Positions 11,191 to 23,149 of a DNA stretch of 64,000 nucleotides are shown piece after piece. Under the pieces are notes generated by a model, which was not told the DNA's origin, did not search any database, and saw only the letters and a list, made by a program, of their open reading frames with translations. Position numbers and translations under genes: made by a program. The first letter of the stretch is position 1. Every line of letters begins with the position of its first letter. Source of the DNA: Selaginella moellendorffii (Eukaryota > Plantae > Lycopodiophyta); the NCBI RefSeq assembly GCF_000143415.4, contig NW_003314262.1, positions 2,053,046-2,117,045 of the forward strand, in the 5' to 3' direction.

Positions 11191-13919
11191 CGCTGGAGGA
11201 TGAGATAAGAGAGTAGAGAGGTCGATCGATCGACCGCAAAGCGTGTGAAGGAACAGAGAAGCGCGCTTCTACTGGAATGGGAGGAGGAAAAAAATATGGT
11301 GATGCTGTGGATGAAAAGGGGAGGGGGGGTTTCTTTATATACAGGTTTCTCTGCCGTTAATCTAAGCCCATCTGGGGTTAGGTTAAGCTAAGCTAAAGTA
11401 ACGAACGCCCGCCAAGTTATTTTAAAAAAATTTGTGCATTTCGCGTTGAGGCTGTGCGACGTGAAGTCATATCTCTAACGCCCCATCTTATCCACAACGG
11501 TTTCGTGGTTAGAATTTTCACCCGCGAAGTGAAAAATATGGGATTTAACCGCAGAATTTTGTGGAATTTACATGAATTAAACATTCTTAAACGAGGGTAC
11601 CGGATGTCACGACACAGTGATGGATGCCGCGGAATATCCACTACATGAACGGGACATGTTGTAGAATCCATGCCTTGGATTCAAAAAAACCTCGAAACCC
11701 AAAGTTGTGCTCCCCATTTTCTTAAAGGCAAACAGGATCTTTGAGCCCTTTCTTTTCTGTATTTAATTCAAATATTTAAATTGGGGTTTTTTGAGAAAAC
11801 ATGTCCTCTCGACGTGTCGCTGTTTTGTCCCCGGGAAATCGGATCGTCGCATTCATCAGGTTTTTGCGCACTCGCCGGAATTTGACTCGCATAAAAATCT
11901 CAAGATCCGACCCTCCACTCAAGAGTGCAGCGGCAGATTCCAGATTTGGAGCTTCTCTACAGTTTATACGATGCTAAAGTTCCAATTGTAAGGCCCTCCC
12001 CCACTACCAAAGGTGTGTGTTCTGCAAACATACCTATAGTTTTGCCCCGGGGCGGGGCGATACCTTTGGTGCTTTTTCTCCCTTTCCAGTGCAGTATTGT
12101 CTGATGTGAGACCTGCATTCTTTTTTTTTCCTGCATATCATATTTGTATCTATTATTATATCAACATTTATATTGTATTCTTTTCCAGCAACTAGAACTG
12201 CATCCATCTGGGTGTTCCCAATTCCTGTGCAAATGTTTTTGGGGCGGAGCTTTAGCATATTCAGAACAACTGGATGCTGCTTCATGCTTCAAAGTGGGCT
12301 TGTAAAGAGCCAATTGTCTTCCCCGACTGTGCTGTAGCATCATCATCATCATTGTTCCTATTATTATTATTGTTCAACTATTATTATAATTATTATAATA
12401 ATTGATTTGTCTTGCAAAGAAGATGCTTTACTTTGCAAAGATGCCCCCATGCCCCGGGGCCCCCCCAACAACAAAGGAGGCCTGGCTAGTGGCTCTCAAG
12501 AACTGTTCCCCGCCTCCGCCAGCTTTTCCAGTGGCACCGCCCTAATCCACGTCGGAAGAAGATTGGGATTTCTCTGTCGGCCACACTGCCCACGATCGAA
12601 GACAGAATGCGTTGTGGAGTGCATCAAAACTTGTGGCAGGCCCGGTTGAGAAAGCCAACATTTGGTCCTCTCTGTGCAAGCTTTATCCCAATTTCACACC
12701 ATCAAACCACTAACATGGCAACTATACATGTGACACACCATGTGTGCCGTTTCTTACAAATATCCACCCAAAAAATTGCACAAAGATTTTATACATGTAC
12801 AAAATCTGTACTTGATTAGATTAATTTATATTTGCATCTACAGTGTTCTAGATCTTTCAGCAAGTAATACTAAAATACCTGAGATTTTTACGTACCTATA
12901 GTTGGTTGACCTCGGTCTTGGCATGTTTGAGGTTTGGTTCATTCCACCACCCATGTTTCCATCTCATGTGGCGTTAACTTCACGCATCTAACATGGGAAT
13001 GAAATGGATGAATGCGAGGGTTACATTGCAGAGCTCTTTTGGAACGATTCAAGTTATAGGCGCAAAAGCAGTGGGATTTCTTTCTGTCTTTTCCCTCTTG
13101 TGGATCCAATCCAACCAGCAAAACTATAATACCGACCGGATCACGGACTCTGGCCTGCTTAGGAAACTGTGATGTGTGTCGTGGAGAGAAGAATATATTA
13201 GGAAATTCCACTTTTCTTGCTGTTGGAGACAAGCACCATTGAAACTCGATCACATGAGTCGTCAGTGTCAGAGAAAACTTGAGTCTGAGAAGCGTGAACA
13301 TGGTTCAAAGATCCCTTTTTTTGGCACAGAGCCTCTTTGAAAGTGACATTTTAGATGCCGCAAGTTAGTTGCGACAAAACAAAGGCAGGCCATGGGAGAG
13401 GAGAAAAGATGCCCTTTTGAGTTGGGAGGAGCTGGCCTGCAAAGAGACCCAATAGTTTTCTTGTTTCCTTTCTTCTGTTGCTTTGACAAATGGAAGCGTT
13501 GATCCATCACCCATCAGTAGTAGTCATCTTTTGGCGTTTTTTTTCTATTCCTTTGACAAATGCGGTGATCCATGAAGTAGTCAACCCCGCCTTCTTGATG
13601 CTTCTAAGTTCTTTTTCAATGTTGGGGAGAAGATTCGATGGTTTCTATGTTGTGGCGAATATTCGAGTATAAAATATACCTTTGTTTGTGGTTCCAGACA
13701 AAAGCACACACGCATATAAGGAACAGTAGATTCTCTCCCACTCTCTCTCTCTCATGAGCAGCCAAAAACAAAACCAAGACGAACGAAAACACGAGCATTC
13801 TCCCAAGAGAGTTGCGACGATCGAATCGCCAAAAACTCTCACGAAAATCCAACTCTCTCCCTTTTCTTTTTCACTTCTCTCGCTCTCCCCTCGGTCAACC
13901 ACAGCTATGGACATACCAG

Positions 13920-15092
13920 CTATTCCACCGGGGCTTCCTCTCCAGCTTGAGCATCACCGCGGCCGCCACCTCTTCCCCGACCCCTCACTTTCATCTGACC
14001 ACGGCCTGCCAAAGAAGAAAAGAGTGATGACTTTCCTTAGCTTCGAAACACTCTTCTACCTCTTCCACGGGGAGCTTCAGAGTTTTCTTCGTAGCCAGCA
14101 GCACCGTCTGAGACGTAGTCGGTCCCGCGGCCACGGCCCCGGCCACGTCCTCGGCCCCAACCTCTTCCACGGCCGCGTCCTCGAGCTTCACCGGCGGGAT
14201 ACTCAGCAGCTGGTGCTACACCATTCCCAGATTCTAAGCAAAAAAAAAGAAAAGAACTTTGATCTCATAATCGTGACTAATCTCATTCATACCTCTTCCT
14301 CGGCCTCCCCGTCCACGACCACGGCCACGGCCCCTTCCACGCGGTGGTGCGTCTATACAATGCAGGAGAAAGATCAATATATAGACAGCAAGAAAAGTCC
14401 AGCATCATACCTGCGGCCTCAACATAGTCGAAATCTATGTTTGGTTTCACTTGATCCGGGGAGAGTGGAGGCTGATACCTGCGATTTAAAAAATTGTAAT
14501 GCTTACAGCCAATGTTACAGGGATAAGGTGGTTCTCATACCCGATGTTGGCAGTATCCAGCTCCTTCGTAGAAAGCGTGATGGTGATCATTGAAACGTGC
14601 CGAGTGGTTTCTAGCCTGCAAAAGAGAGAATAAGAACTTTTCAGACTTCGCAAAAAAAAGTAGCATGGAAAAGCTGCGCTACACTTACGTTGTCAGGCCC
14701 TCTTCAAGTGGCTCCCAAACATCCGTGATATCAGTGGAGCCGACGAAAGTGATCTGATGCAGACCGGCAATCCTTCGCTGGAAATGGAATATATATTACA
14801 AAAAGAACACAGGATAATACTACAAACCTTGATGATCTCGGCGATGTTAACGGTCTTGTTGATAGCACGACCCATGGCCTTCAAGACGATTTCAGAGGCT
14901 CCCTTGTCCTGTAAAGAATGGAGCACAACCATGAAAAGGAATATAAAGAATAAAAAGAGAGATCTATACCTGGAGAAGGTTGGTCGCGTAAGTGATGTAG
15001 TTCCTCATCTTTCCCTGGGTGGTAATGCGAATCTCATTCTCGCTAATTGGAGTCTCGGGACGAGGTTTTTCCACTCGCTGGTAGCGATCCAT
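13920..15092 (-). CDS. ALBA: ALBA (Rpp25-like) DNA/RNA-binding protein with RGG-rich tail, spliced
   Basis: MDRYQRVEKPRPETPISENEIRITTQGKMRNYITYA…KAMGRAINKTV…DVWEPLEEGL…LETTRHVSMITITLS…YQPP; RGRGRG repeats in the 3' exons; stop at 13920-13922. Confidence 0.92.
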
Positions 15093-15784
15093 ATCTAAAA
15101 GGCGGGAGACTTACGGAAAAAAAAAAAAAGAAAGGACGAAAAAACAAAGAAAAACGAATGCCAAAATGCGGAAAAAGAATCAAAAGAATCGTAGCCGCTG
15201 TAACTTTTTTTCTTCACTCAACCGAAAAAAAAAAACGGGGCAATGTAGGATAAAGGAACACAAAACGGTGGGAAAAAAAGAGGAGAAAAAAAAAAGAAGA
15301 ACGCGAGCTGGGGAAAGTGGCACTCGAATGAAAAGCGTGGAACACACAGGCCACGGATTGACAAACCCTAAAACGCCCAAATCGCAGCGGAGGAATGCCC
15401 TGGCTGCGCTACGCTCTTTCCAACCTTGCCTTTTCGTCGCGCGCGCTTCGTCCGCCCCGTGCTAATTGCGGCTTTCGTGACGGTGCGAAGGGAGATCTTT
15501 TCCCAGCCCTCTCTCTCCTGCTCGCCCTAAAACGTACGGACGATTTAACTCAACGCCGGTACGGCTAGATCATGGCGTCGCGTTGGTCACACCTGGATGG
15601 CTGGATTCTTTGCACGAAATCGTGCCACGTAGCCCGCTCGTTCTATGTCTCTTTCTTAATTCTCCATTTATATGTAATACGAACGAACGAAGCCAACAAT
15701 GCGATGCGCGGAGGAAGAAGAAATCTCTTCTCTCTTCTTTGTTTCTCTTTAAAGTCTTTTTTGATCGCCTCGGTCGACTCAAGT

Positions 15785-17022
15785 TCAAACCGCGCTCGCT
15801 TTGATCACTGGCACTCTCCTCCGACCCGAGACCGTCTCCTTCAATCGAGCAATCTGGAAGAGAAGCTGGCTGATTTTCTGGAAGCCAAAAAGTGCGTGTG
15901 TTAACATTGGATCTTCTCGGGCAAAAGTGATCCATCACAGGCAAGGAATCAGCAAGCTAACAAAGAAAGTGAAAACACTGAAGCTTCCAGCGCAAAAAGA
16001 GAAAATGCGATGCTCGTTGCTAAGAAAAGGAAAAGCAAAGTGCTCCCGTAAGATCCCAAACGATCATTGAATCGGAAAAGCAAAGCGCATGCTCGATTCT
16101 CGGTGCTCATGCGAAAAACGAAACCAATGATACCAGCCCAAGACCAAGAACTATGCAAAGCAAACCCAGGAATCAAGGAAAGGAGCTTCTAGAAACACAA
16201 AAGATCCAAAGTTTTGAGTGGAAGTACCTCGTCCTTGTAGCAAAGCTGCAAGCGCATCTGGTGGTTTTGCCAGCGCTCGTGCTGCCATCGTTGCCCAATG
16301 ATCACGAGTCCCACCAGCGCCGCAGCAATCGTGAGAGACCACAGCGTACTCGCCCTCCGGATATAACTCGCAATCGTCTTCTTCCAGCTTCCTCCTATCC
16401 TCCCATCCTCTTCTTCTCCAATTCCAAAACCACCACCCTCCTCCTCGCCAATCGCCTCGCCCTCCTCCTGTTCTTCCGGTCTCAACACATTCCCGTGAAG
16501 ATCCGATGGAACCAAAGCGCTAAATCCCGACTCCGACACAATCTCGCGATGCAAACTCGCCAGTGATGATGCCTCCTCTCCTGTCCCTATCTGGAGGTCT
16601 CCTCCCTCGGCAATCCCACCCTCCCTCTTCTCGGATTCCAGGACGGAAGAGATGAGCGTCGATAGCAAATCCAAATCGTGCTGCTGCTGCTGCTGCCTGT
16701 GATGCTGCTCCTGCTGCCCGGATCCCTGCCGTTCATCAATCACCCGTGACGGCTCAATCCAATCCTTCACCGAGGAGGACGGCGGTTCCCTACCTCGTGA
16801 AGATTCTTCCTCCTCCACTGCCTTGGATTCTTGCGCGCATGCTTGCGCCGCCGGCGGGAGAAGGAAGTGCTGGGGAAGAACAGTGATGCCGGCCTCATGC
16901 ATCTGGACGTCGCAATTCGAGTCGGATAATCCGGAGTCGGGATCCGATGCCACGACCTCCCAGCTTCGGCTGCCACACACGCTCTCCTCCTCCTCGCTGT
17001 CGCTGTTACGGCCGGGATCCAT
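15785..17022 (-). CDS. ATI1: ATG8-interacting protein 1/2-like autophagy receptor; exons 17022-16228 and 15877-15785
   Basis: N-terminal AIM SWEVV, QHFLLPP, WKK…STLWSLTIAAALVGLVIIGQRWQHERWQ transmembrane region, last exon KISQLLFQIARLKETVSG…, all typical of ATI1/ATI2. Confidence 0.82.
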
Positions 17023-17266
17023 AGCCGGCTCCTTCGAATTCCAAGAAACCCTGGATTTCGCGAGCCAGAGAAGAGCGAAGTTTTCACCGATTTCTCGCGC
17101 TGCGCCTGGAAAAAGAACGCGGAAATTCTTACCTAGCAGTGGCAGCGCCTCGCCCTAAGCGATCGATCCTCCGCTTTTCGCTCTGGAATCCATGCGCATT
17201 GCTCGAGACGGTAGAACTAAGAGCCAAAGGGCAAACAAGGCATTAACCAGTAATCCCAAATAATCA

Positions 17267-17367
17267 ACACGTGGCGGAGCGCGAGTGGTGCACGTCCGGC
17301 GATGCCCGTGGACCGAAGGACGCGATGCATATGGCAAGCGTGCCCATCTGGGATGGAACCACGTGTC
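17267..17367. promoter_or_regulatory. ABRE/G-box motifs upstream of the ATI1-like gene
   Basis: ACACGTGGC at 17267, CACGTC at 17291, CCACGTGTC at 17359. Confidence 0.45.
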
Positions 17368-17477
17368 TAGTCTTGCTCCGCTGGATCTCAGATCTTTATA
17401 CTTGACGGTATAGATTCCCTGGCGAATGGACCAAGATTGATGTAAAAGAAAACATCTATTCGTTAACGGTAATTTTC

Positions 17478-17636
17478 AACGAGGCATTGATTTCTTACTT
17501 TGGCTGCAAGTTAGCACAGTATAATTTTTTTAACCGAGGCATTGCTTGGTTGCAAATTAGCATAGTATAATTTAAATCTCTCTGCAAGTTAACATAGTAT
17601 GATTTTAATCTCTCTCTCTCTCTCTCTCTCTCTCTA
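17478..17636. repeat. Three degenerate tandem copies of TGCAAGTTAGCA(C/T)AGTATAATTT followed by a (CT)n microsatellite
   Basis: Visible directly at ~17505, ~17551 and ~17583; (CT)n at ~17609-17635. Confidence 0.75.
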
Positions 17637-17904
17637 GAAGCTTATGTGGCATGTTGATATTTTCTAACAAACGCTCGCTATCACTTCCTTAGAATCGTTA
17701 CATATCGTCATAACTTTTAGTGCTTTTGCAACTTGGAAGGAGAATGAACCAGAGCAACTTGGAGGCCAGCCCCCTAGAATTTATGGTGTTCCTTTTGAGT
17801 TCATGTGCTAGCTTACAGGATTTCCAGGAATGCCTGCAAAGAAAAGCTTCCAAAAGGGGTGAATATGTTCTTCACAGATTTGGATGCCGTCCTACCGTTG
17901 TTCA

Positions 17905-20131
17905 TCACAAGAAATCCATTTTCACATTTGTCACGTCCAAGCACAGAATTTCGGCATCGCAATCTAGAAGCGATCCAACACTGAAGAAAGTTTGTGGTTA
18001 GTTTCACCAACAAAAGTTTTTCTGTTTTTTTTGTTCTTCTTACTTCGGATACGTTCGTCCTAGATCTCCGTGAACAAACTCCTTAACGTATGTTCCAGCC
18101 TAGAAAGCTGAGATAGTTAGCGTTGTAAACGCAAAGAACCAACTTTGAGTCTGCACCTGAGTACAAAGATGTAGAAGGAAATAGCATGAGCTATCGTGTA
18201 GTGCTTCACACCGCATCCTAATACACCAGAAATTCTCTTGTTATCTAGCAATGAAAAGTAAGGAAAGTACTCACCAGTGAATGATTCGCGGACGAACAAG
18301 CGGGCTGCGTCTGTGCAGAACTCGTACCGGTGTTTTTTGCTGAATCTCCTGTATTTTAAAAACATTAGATGCACACCAAACAACTTGAGAACATCACAAA
18401 CCAGCTCTTTCGAGTTGGAAAGGGTTGTAAAGTCAGCCTCTGTGACAGGCCGAGACAACCACACCACTGCCGTGTATTCTTTCTGTAAAACATGTTCATT
18501 CAGCACTATTGTCTGGCAAGAATAAAAAAGAAAGCCAACCTGCTTGTCCGCCTCACCTTGTCGCATGACCGTCCAAACTTCATTGCCAGCTTCTTTAAGA
18601 CCTTTTACTTTCACCTGTTCTGCGCAGCCAACACTGGTTAGACGAGAGGCAAGTTGACAACAAAAGCTATACCCATCCATCTTTGTTGGAATTTATGGCA
18701 TGCTCAAGCTTGAGAAGTTCCTCCTGCTTTGAACATGTGCGTGCATTCAGAATTTCCAAAAGAAATGGTCGCCCACTGCCGAGCATTCGGACCTGACACA
18801 GAGCAGAATGAGCAAACCAAAAGCATGAAACAGGTTTCTTTACGTCGATGTCCTCCCTTCCGGCCGCATGGAATTTGTAGCTATCGGCCTTAAAGTGAGG
18901 GAAGATCACATCGCCTATAATCTCCTGCACCAAGTCGAGGATCAAAACGCTTCTTAACATATGCATGCACTTGCCTGTACAGAACCGTCCCCTATCCTGT
19001 CTTCCTGAATTGTCCAAGGGCTCTGGCTGATGCTCCGCGAATACTGTTCAACCAAGATATTAAAATGCAGCTTAGTTTTATTCAACCAACAATCAAAAAC
19101 CTTTAGATATCTCCCAACAACAAAAATAGCGTCCTTCCGGCAGCTCGAAACCAGCTCGCATGGCGTATCTGACTGCGATTCCACCGGTAAGTTTTTGTAC
19201 AATGTAAGAAACTTACTTGTGGAGGAGGGCAGGGATAATGCCGAGCAAAAGCGTCGGATGATATAGACGCTAGCGAGCGCTGGACGGCTGCAATAGACTC
19301 CCCGGCTTCTACAGGACCTTGCGAGAAGACACATCCATCAGATACCAGTAGCCACAGAAAGAGTAACGTTACCCCGCTTTCGTTTAGAATCGCCACCGGA
19401 CAGATCAGAAAGAAACTGAATCTCCGAGCTTGAGTTCGCATGCTTAAACACTAGAGAGATGTGGAAGTTCGAGTTTTTATCCATGACCTTTCCCTGAATT
19501 CACCATGAAAACATACCATGCCAAGGAAAGAGTTCTTTACCAATGCAGCTTCGATTTGTGGGCCAAAAGTCCACTTGACAGCTTCCTTGAGTGAAACTAT
19601 ACATTCGTTTGGATCTTCAGCCTTGAAGTCTTCTGGATGTTCTTTTCTCAAGTAGCACCTGAGAAAAGAAAAGTCACAAATTCACAAATGCCCCGATCCG
19701 AAGAAATAAGGAGTAGCGTACCAAAGAGAACGCTCACGTACTAAAGTTGCTGAAGGCACAGTGACCTCCAAAGAAAAATCGCAAAACTCGTGCCCTTCCT
19801 TTTGGATCGCCTCAAGAACAGCCAATCCAACGCCAGCGCTTTGCAAGATCCCCTGGCAAACAGTACAACACGAAGCACTCGATCGATCGCTCTCCAATCC
19901 ATCGCCATTTCCAATCTCTGCGAGAATAGTGGGGGGAGCGGGCACCGATTGCGAATACACACGGCCGCGCACGCTCAGGAACCTCATCGCGCACAAGGAG
20001 CACGCCTACGAGACAAGTATTTCGATCGATCTGGCCGCAAGAGAAAGAAATCGCTTTACCCCAGCGCGCAAGAGATCCCGCAGTGGCGCTGGAGGGAGCG
20101 CCAGCAGCGCCTCCCGAAACAAAGCCTCCAT
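17905..20131 (-). CDS. PUS10: tRNA pseudouridine synthase Pus10, multi-exon
   Basis: GRYLK/YSRSISQSPW…FHAAGREDIDVRMLGSGRPF…KEYTAVVWL…QKTPVRVLHRRS…AGTYVKEFVHGDLGRTYPS…LDVTNV; N-terminal CxxC pairs; one GC-AG intron after …GDGSVQ. Confidence 0.93.
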
Positions 20132-20255
20132 CGCCCCAAAACCCTGAATTAGGGTTCTTGGGAAAGAGCAAGATACTTATTTCACAACAGTTAAATTTCT
20201 CTTAAAATAAAGGAGCTCAAGAACCCTAAACCCAAAACCCTAGGAACGATGGTAA
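20132..20255. promoter_or_regulatory. 124-bp bidirectional promoter (PUS10 / P-class PPR) with telo-box motifs
   Basis: AAACCCTG, TTAGGGTT, AACCCTAAA and AAACCCTAG between divergent ATGs at 20131 and 20256. Confidence 0.55.
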
Positions 20256-22010
20256 ATGCGAGGTTTTCGTCGCGGCCTCCATCGTCGCTCGCTCTACCAT
20301 CGATCGCTCCATCTCCCGCCATCGCCCGACGCCGCACACGCGCAGCTCCTCGCGCTCCACGAATCCGGCGATGCCAATGCGGCCGCGCGCTTCCTCCGTG
20401 AGAAGACCGCCGCCGGATCGATCTTCCCGGGCTTCCTCTCCAGCGTCGTCATCGATCGAGCTTGCAAGTCCGGGGATCTGCGCGGCGCTCTGCTCATCCT
20501 GGCCGCTATGCTCCACTCAGGTACTCCACCTCCAAACCAGCACGCATTTGCATCGCTCATCGACGCCTTGTCCAAATCCAATAGACTCGGCGACGCCGCC
20601 AGAGCTCTGGAGCTCATGTGTGACGCTGGAATCCACCCCGACGTGGTCACCTTCACGGCATTGATCCGGGGGTTCTGCAAGAACAGGATGGTGGAGCGCG
20701 CCTGGGAGATCTTCCAAGAGATGATCAAAAGCAATCGTTGCCAACCGGATTGCTTCCTCTACGGTGTTCTCATCGATGGCTACTGCAAGGAGCTCAGGAT
20801 GGATCGAGCTCTGGAGCTTCTCCGCGAGATGAGAGTGGAGCGGAGGATCCAACCCGACGTGGTGATCTACAACTCGATCGTCGACGGCCTCTGCCGATCA
20901 AACCGGTTCCTGGAAGCGTGGAAGTTCCTGGACGAGACGATGGTTCGCCAGGGATGCTCGCCGACGGTCGTCACGTACACGAGCTTGATCCGGGGTGCTT
21001 GCAAGGCCAAGAAGATGAAGCTCGCGATGACAATCTGGAACGCCATGCTCGAACGAAAGATCCAGCCCACCATCGTCTCCTACAGTGTGATCATCGATGG
21101 ACTCTCCAAGGCCGGGAGAGTTTACGACGCGTACCGGGTGGTCCGCGAGATGGAAACGCTCGGCTGCGAGCTCAACGTCGTGATCTACACCACTCTCATC
21201 GATGGCCTCTGCAAATCCGGCTTCCTGGACGACGCCTACGCGCTCTACCGGATCATGAAGCGATCCGGCGCGTTTCCAAACCAGCGAACTTACGCCACCC
21301 TGATCGACACCTTCTGCCGGAACGATCGAACCGAGACGGCGCTGGGGCTGTTCGATCACATCCGCGACTACTGCCCGCTCGACGTTGCCATGTACACCGC
21401 GGTGGTGAGCGGCCTGTGCCGCGAGCGAAGGCTGGACGACGCTCGCGCGCTCTTCCGGGAGATGCGTCTCGCGGGAGTTTCAGCCGACACTCACGCCTAC
21501 AATGTGCTGCTCCACGGCGCGTTTCGATCCGGGAGGTCCGAGGAGGCTTTCCGGATCTTGGAGGAACTGGGCGATGATCCTGGCTGCGTCGCCAACTTGC
21601 TGACTTACAACACGGTGATCGCTGGCTGCTGCCTCGAGTCCGGGATGGTGCTGTTCTACGAGATGCGGCAGCGCGGGATCGCGCCAGACTTCGCCACCTA
21701 CAGCGCTCTCATCGATCGGCTGCTCGGCAGTGGAGAGATCCGCAGGGCGTTTGATCTGTGCGAGGAGATGCTGGCGAGTGGATTGAGCCCGCCGTCGGGA
21801 GTTCTCGGGAGAGTGGTGGCGAGGCTGTGCTGGTCGCGCAGGGGAGATTTGGCCGCCAAGTTGATAGAGATGGCGATGGCGGTGGATGACACTGCTTCGT
21901 TCTCGCTGCCTTGGGACGATGAAGATGGAGCTGCGCAAGATGAAGATAGCCAAAGAGAAGAGCTTGGATCAATCAAAGATGGAGCTATGCAAGAAGAGCC
22001 AGTCCCCTGA
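20256..22010 (+). CDS. P-class pentatricopeptide repeat protein, probably mitochondrion-targeted
   Basis: Intronless 584-aa ORF; about 12 35-aa motifs (PDVVTFTALIRGFCK, PTVVTYTSLIRGACK and similar); Arg-rich N-terminal presequence. Confidence 0.92.
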   Translation: MRGFRRGLHRRSLYHRSLHLPPSPDAAHAQLLALHESGDANAAARFLREKTAAGSIFPGFLSSVVIDRACKSGDLRGALLILAAMLHSGTPPPNQHAFASLIDALSKSNRLGDAARALELMCDAGIHPDVVTFTALIRGFCKNRMVERAWEIFQEMIKSNRCQPDCFLYGVLIDGYCKELRMDRALELLREMRVERRIQPDVVIYNSIVDGLCRSNRFLEAWKFLDETMVRQGCSPTVVTYTSLIRGACKAKKMKLAMTIWNAMLERKIQPTIVSYSVIIDGLSKAGRVYDAYRVVREMETLGCELNVVIYTTLIDGLCKSGFLDDAYALYRIMKRSGAFPNQRTYATLIDTFCRNDRTETALGLFDHIRDYCPLDVAMYTAVVSGLCRERRLDDARALFREMRLAGVSADTHAYNVLLHGAFRSGRSEEAFRILEELGDDPGCVANLLTYNTVIAGCCLESGMVLFYEMRQRGIAPDFATYSALIDRLLGSGEIRRAFDLCEEMLASGLSPPSGVLGRVVARLCWSRRGDLAAKLIEMAMAVDDTASFSLPWDDEDGAAQDEDSQREELGSIKDGAMQEEPVP

Positions 22011-22287
22011 AACAAAAAAAAAAAAAAAAAAACCTCATGTAAACATTTTTGTAGGAAAAAGAAATTCTAAATTGTCATCCCGTGAGTTGCGGAGGTTGTG
22101 CCAAGTAAGCTGGAAGCCCTATCCCGAACGAAAGAAAGAATGGCGCTTGTATCCCTCGGATTGACTAGTAAATGGGGTCGCTGACCCTTGACCACTTGAC
22201 CGCCCTCGATCCAGTAGTTCTAAGTCGGTATGGCCAACCCCACCGTGATCTACCGGATAGCGCTTGGTCAAGGAGGCCCGATAATCT

Positions 22288-22470
22288 TTTGTCAAATCCA
22301 AAGATTCGGAGAGAACTTTCGCCTGATCGTGATCGCATCGCTTTCAAAAAGGGATAGAGCTTTGGAAGTCGTGACGCTGGAATCCAGCCGGACGTGGTGC
22401 TCTTGCGAGGGAACAAAGGATCAAACCAAGTGGGCGAAGAACTGGGAGCAAATCTCTGAGAAAATCCTCT
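22288..22470 (+). pseudogene. Degenerate partial duplicate of the adjacent P-class PPR gene
   Basis: TTGTCAAATCCAAAGATTCGG and AGAGCTTTGGAAGTCGTGACGCTGGAATCCAGCCGGACGTGGT match 20568-20649 (TTGTCCAAATCCAATAGACTCGG…AGAGCTCTGGAGCTCATGTGTGACGCTGGAATCCACCCCGACGTGGT). Confidence 0.6.
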
Positions 22471-22667
22471 CGATGTTAGTGCGCAAACGTAGAAACCAAC
22501 CTTCCAAATCGAAGAAGCCCGCAAAACGTTTACAAGAGCTTTGATTCTCTGGAACAGCGCGAAGAAAAGAAGAGAAGAGAAGATTACAGACAGACAACAA
22601 GAAGATGGTGAGGAAAAACTTATTTCCTGGCACTTTTGTGTTCTTGGCGGTAGAGCTTTGCTCCCTC

Positions 22668-23149
22668 TCAAGCGTTGCCTTCTAAGAACTTCTTCAAGAA
22701 CTCCGACTCACCCCGGTCGATGATTCCCAGCTTTCGCGGATCGAAGGATTCCTCCTGGACATACTGCGCGATGAGATGATGCCGCTGCTTGGTTTGCGTG
22801 AGAAACATCATCAATTCCTCCAGCCCCTTGACAACGAGAAGATCTAGAGCCTGCATTCCAAGCCAGGATCAAAATCCAGCCCCAATCTAACGAGAAATCT
22901 TACCCTGGGATTGGTAATATCCGTCTTCTTCCGGAATTCCTTCATGATCCTGGAGCGCAGCTGCGCGGGCGTCGCCACGCCCTCCATGTTGAAGCACTCC
23001 ATGATGAAGGGCACCGATCGAACCGATCGGCGATAGAGCTCCAGCACGCGCTCTTGCGCCTCCGGGAGATCCTTGGAACTGCCGCTTTGGACGAGGCTCT
23101 TGAAACTCATGAGCCGGTCGTAGCCGCGCATACTGAGATACCTCGTCAT
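22668..23149 (-). CDS. NDUFA6: NADH:ubiquinone oxidoreductase B14 subunit (LYR family), 2 exons
   Basis: SKDLPEAQERVLELYRRSVRSVPFIM…QLRSRIMKEFRK…ITNPR / ALDLLVVKGLEEL…KQRHHLIAQYV…SEFLKKFLEGN. Confidence 0.88.

Noticed and set aside
12938-13013. Imperfect hairpin (TTCATTCC…CCCATGTT / AACATGGG…TGGATGAA) as a possible MIRNA
   Set aside because: Pairing is short and bulged, and I recognise no conserved plant miRNA in it
13754-14593. 279-aa plus-strand ORF
   Set aside because: Antisense to the ALBA RGG exons and introns; no recognisable protein
15878-16227. Unusually long (350-bp) ATI intron as a snoRNA host
   Set aside because: No convincing paired C/D boxes or H/ACA structure visible by eye
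20138-20243. Telomere-like AAACCCTA motifs as a possible telomerase RNA template or interstitial telomere
   Set aside because: Isolated motifs in promoters fit telo-boxes; no tandem array or USE/TATA Pol III promoter seen
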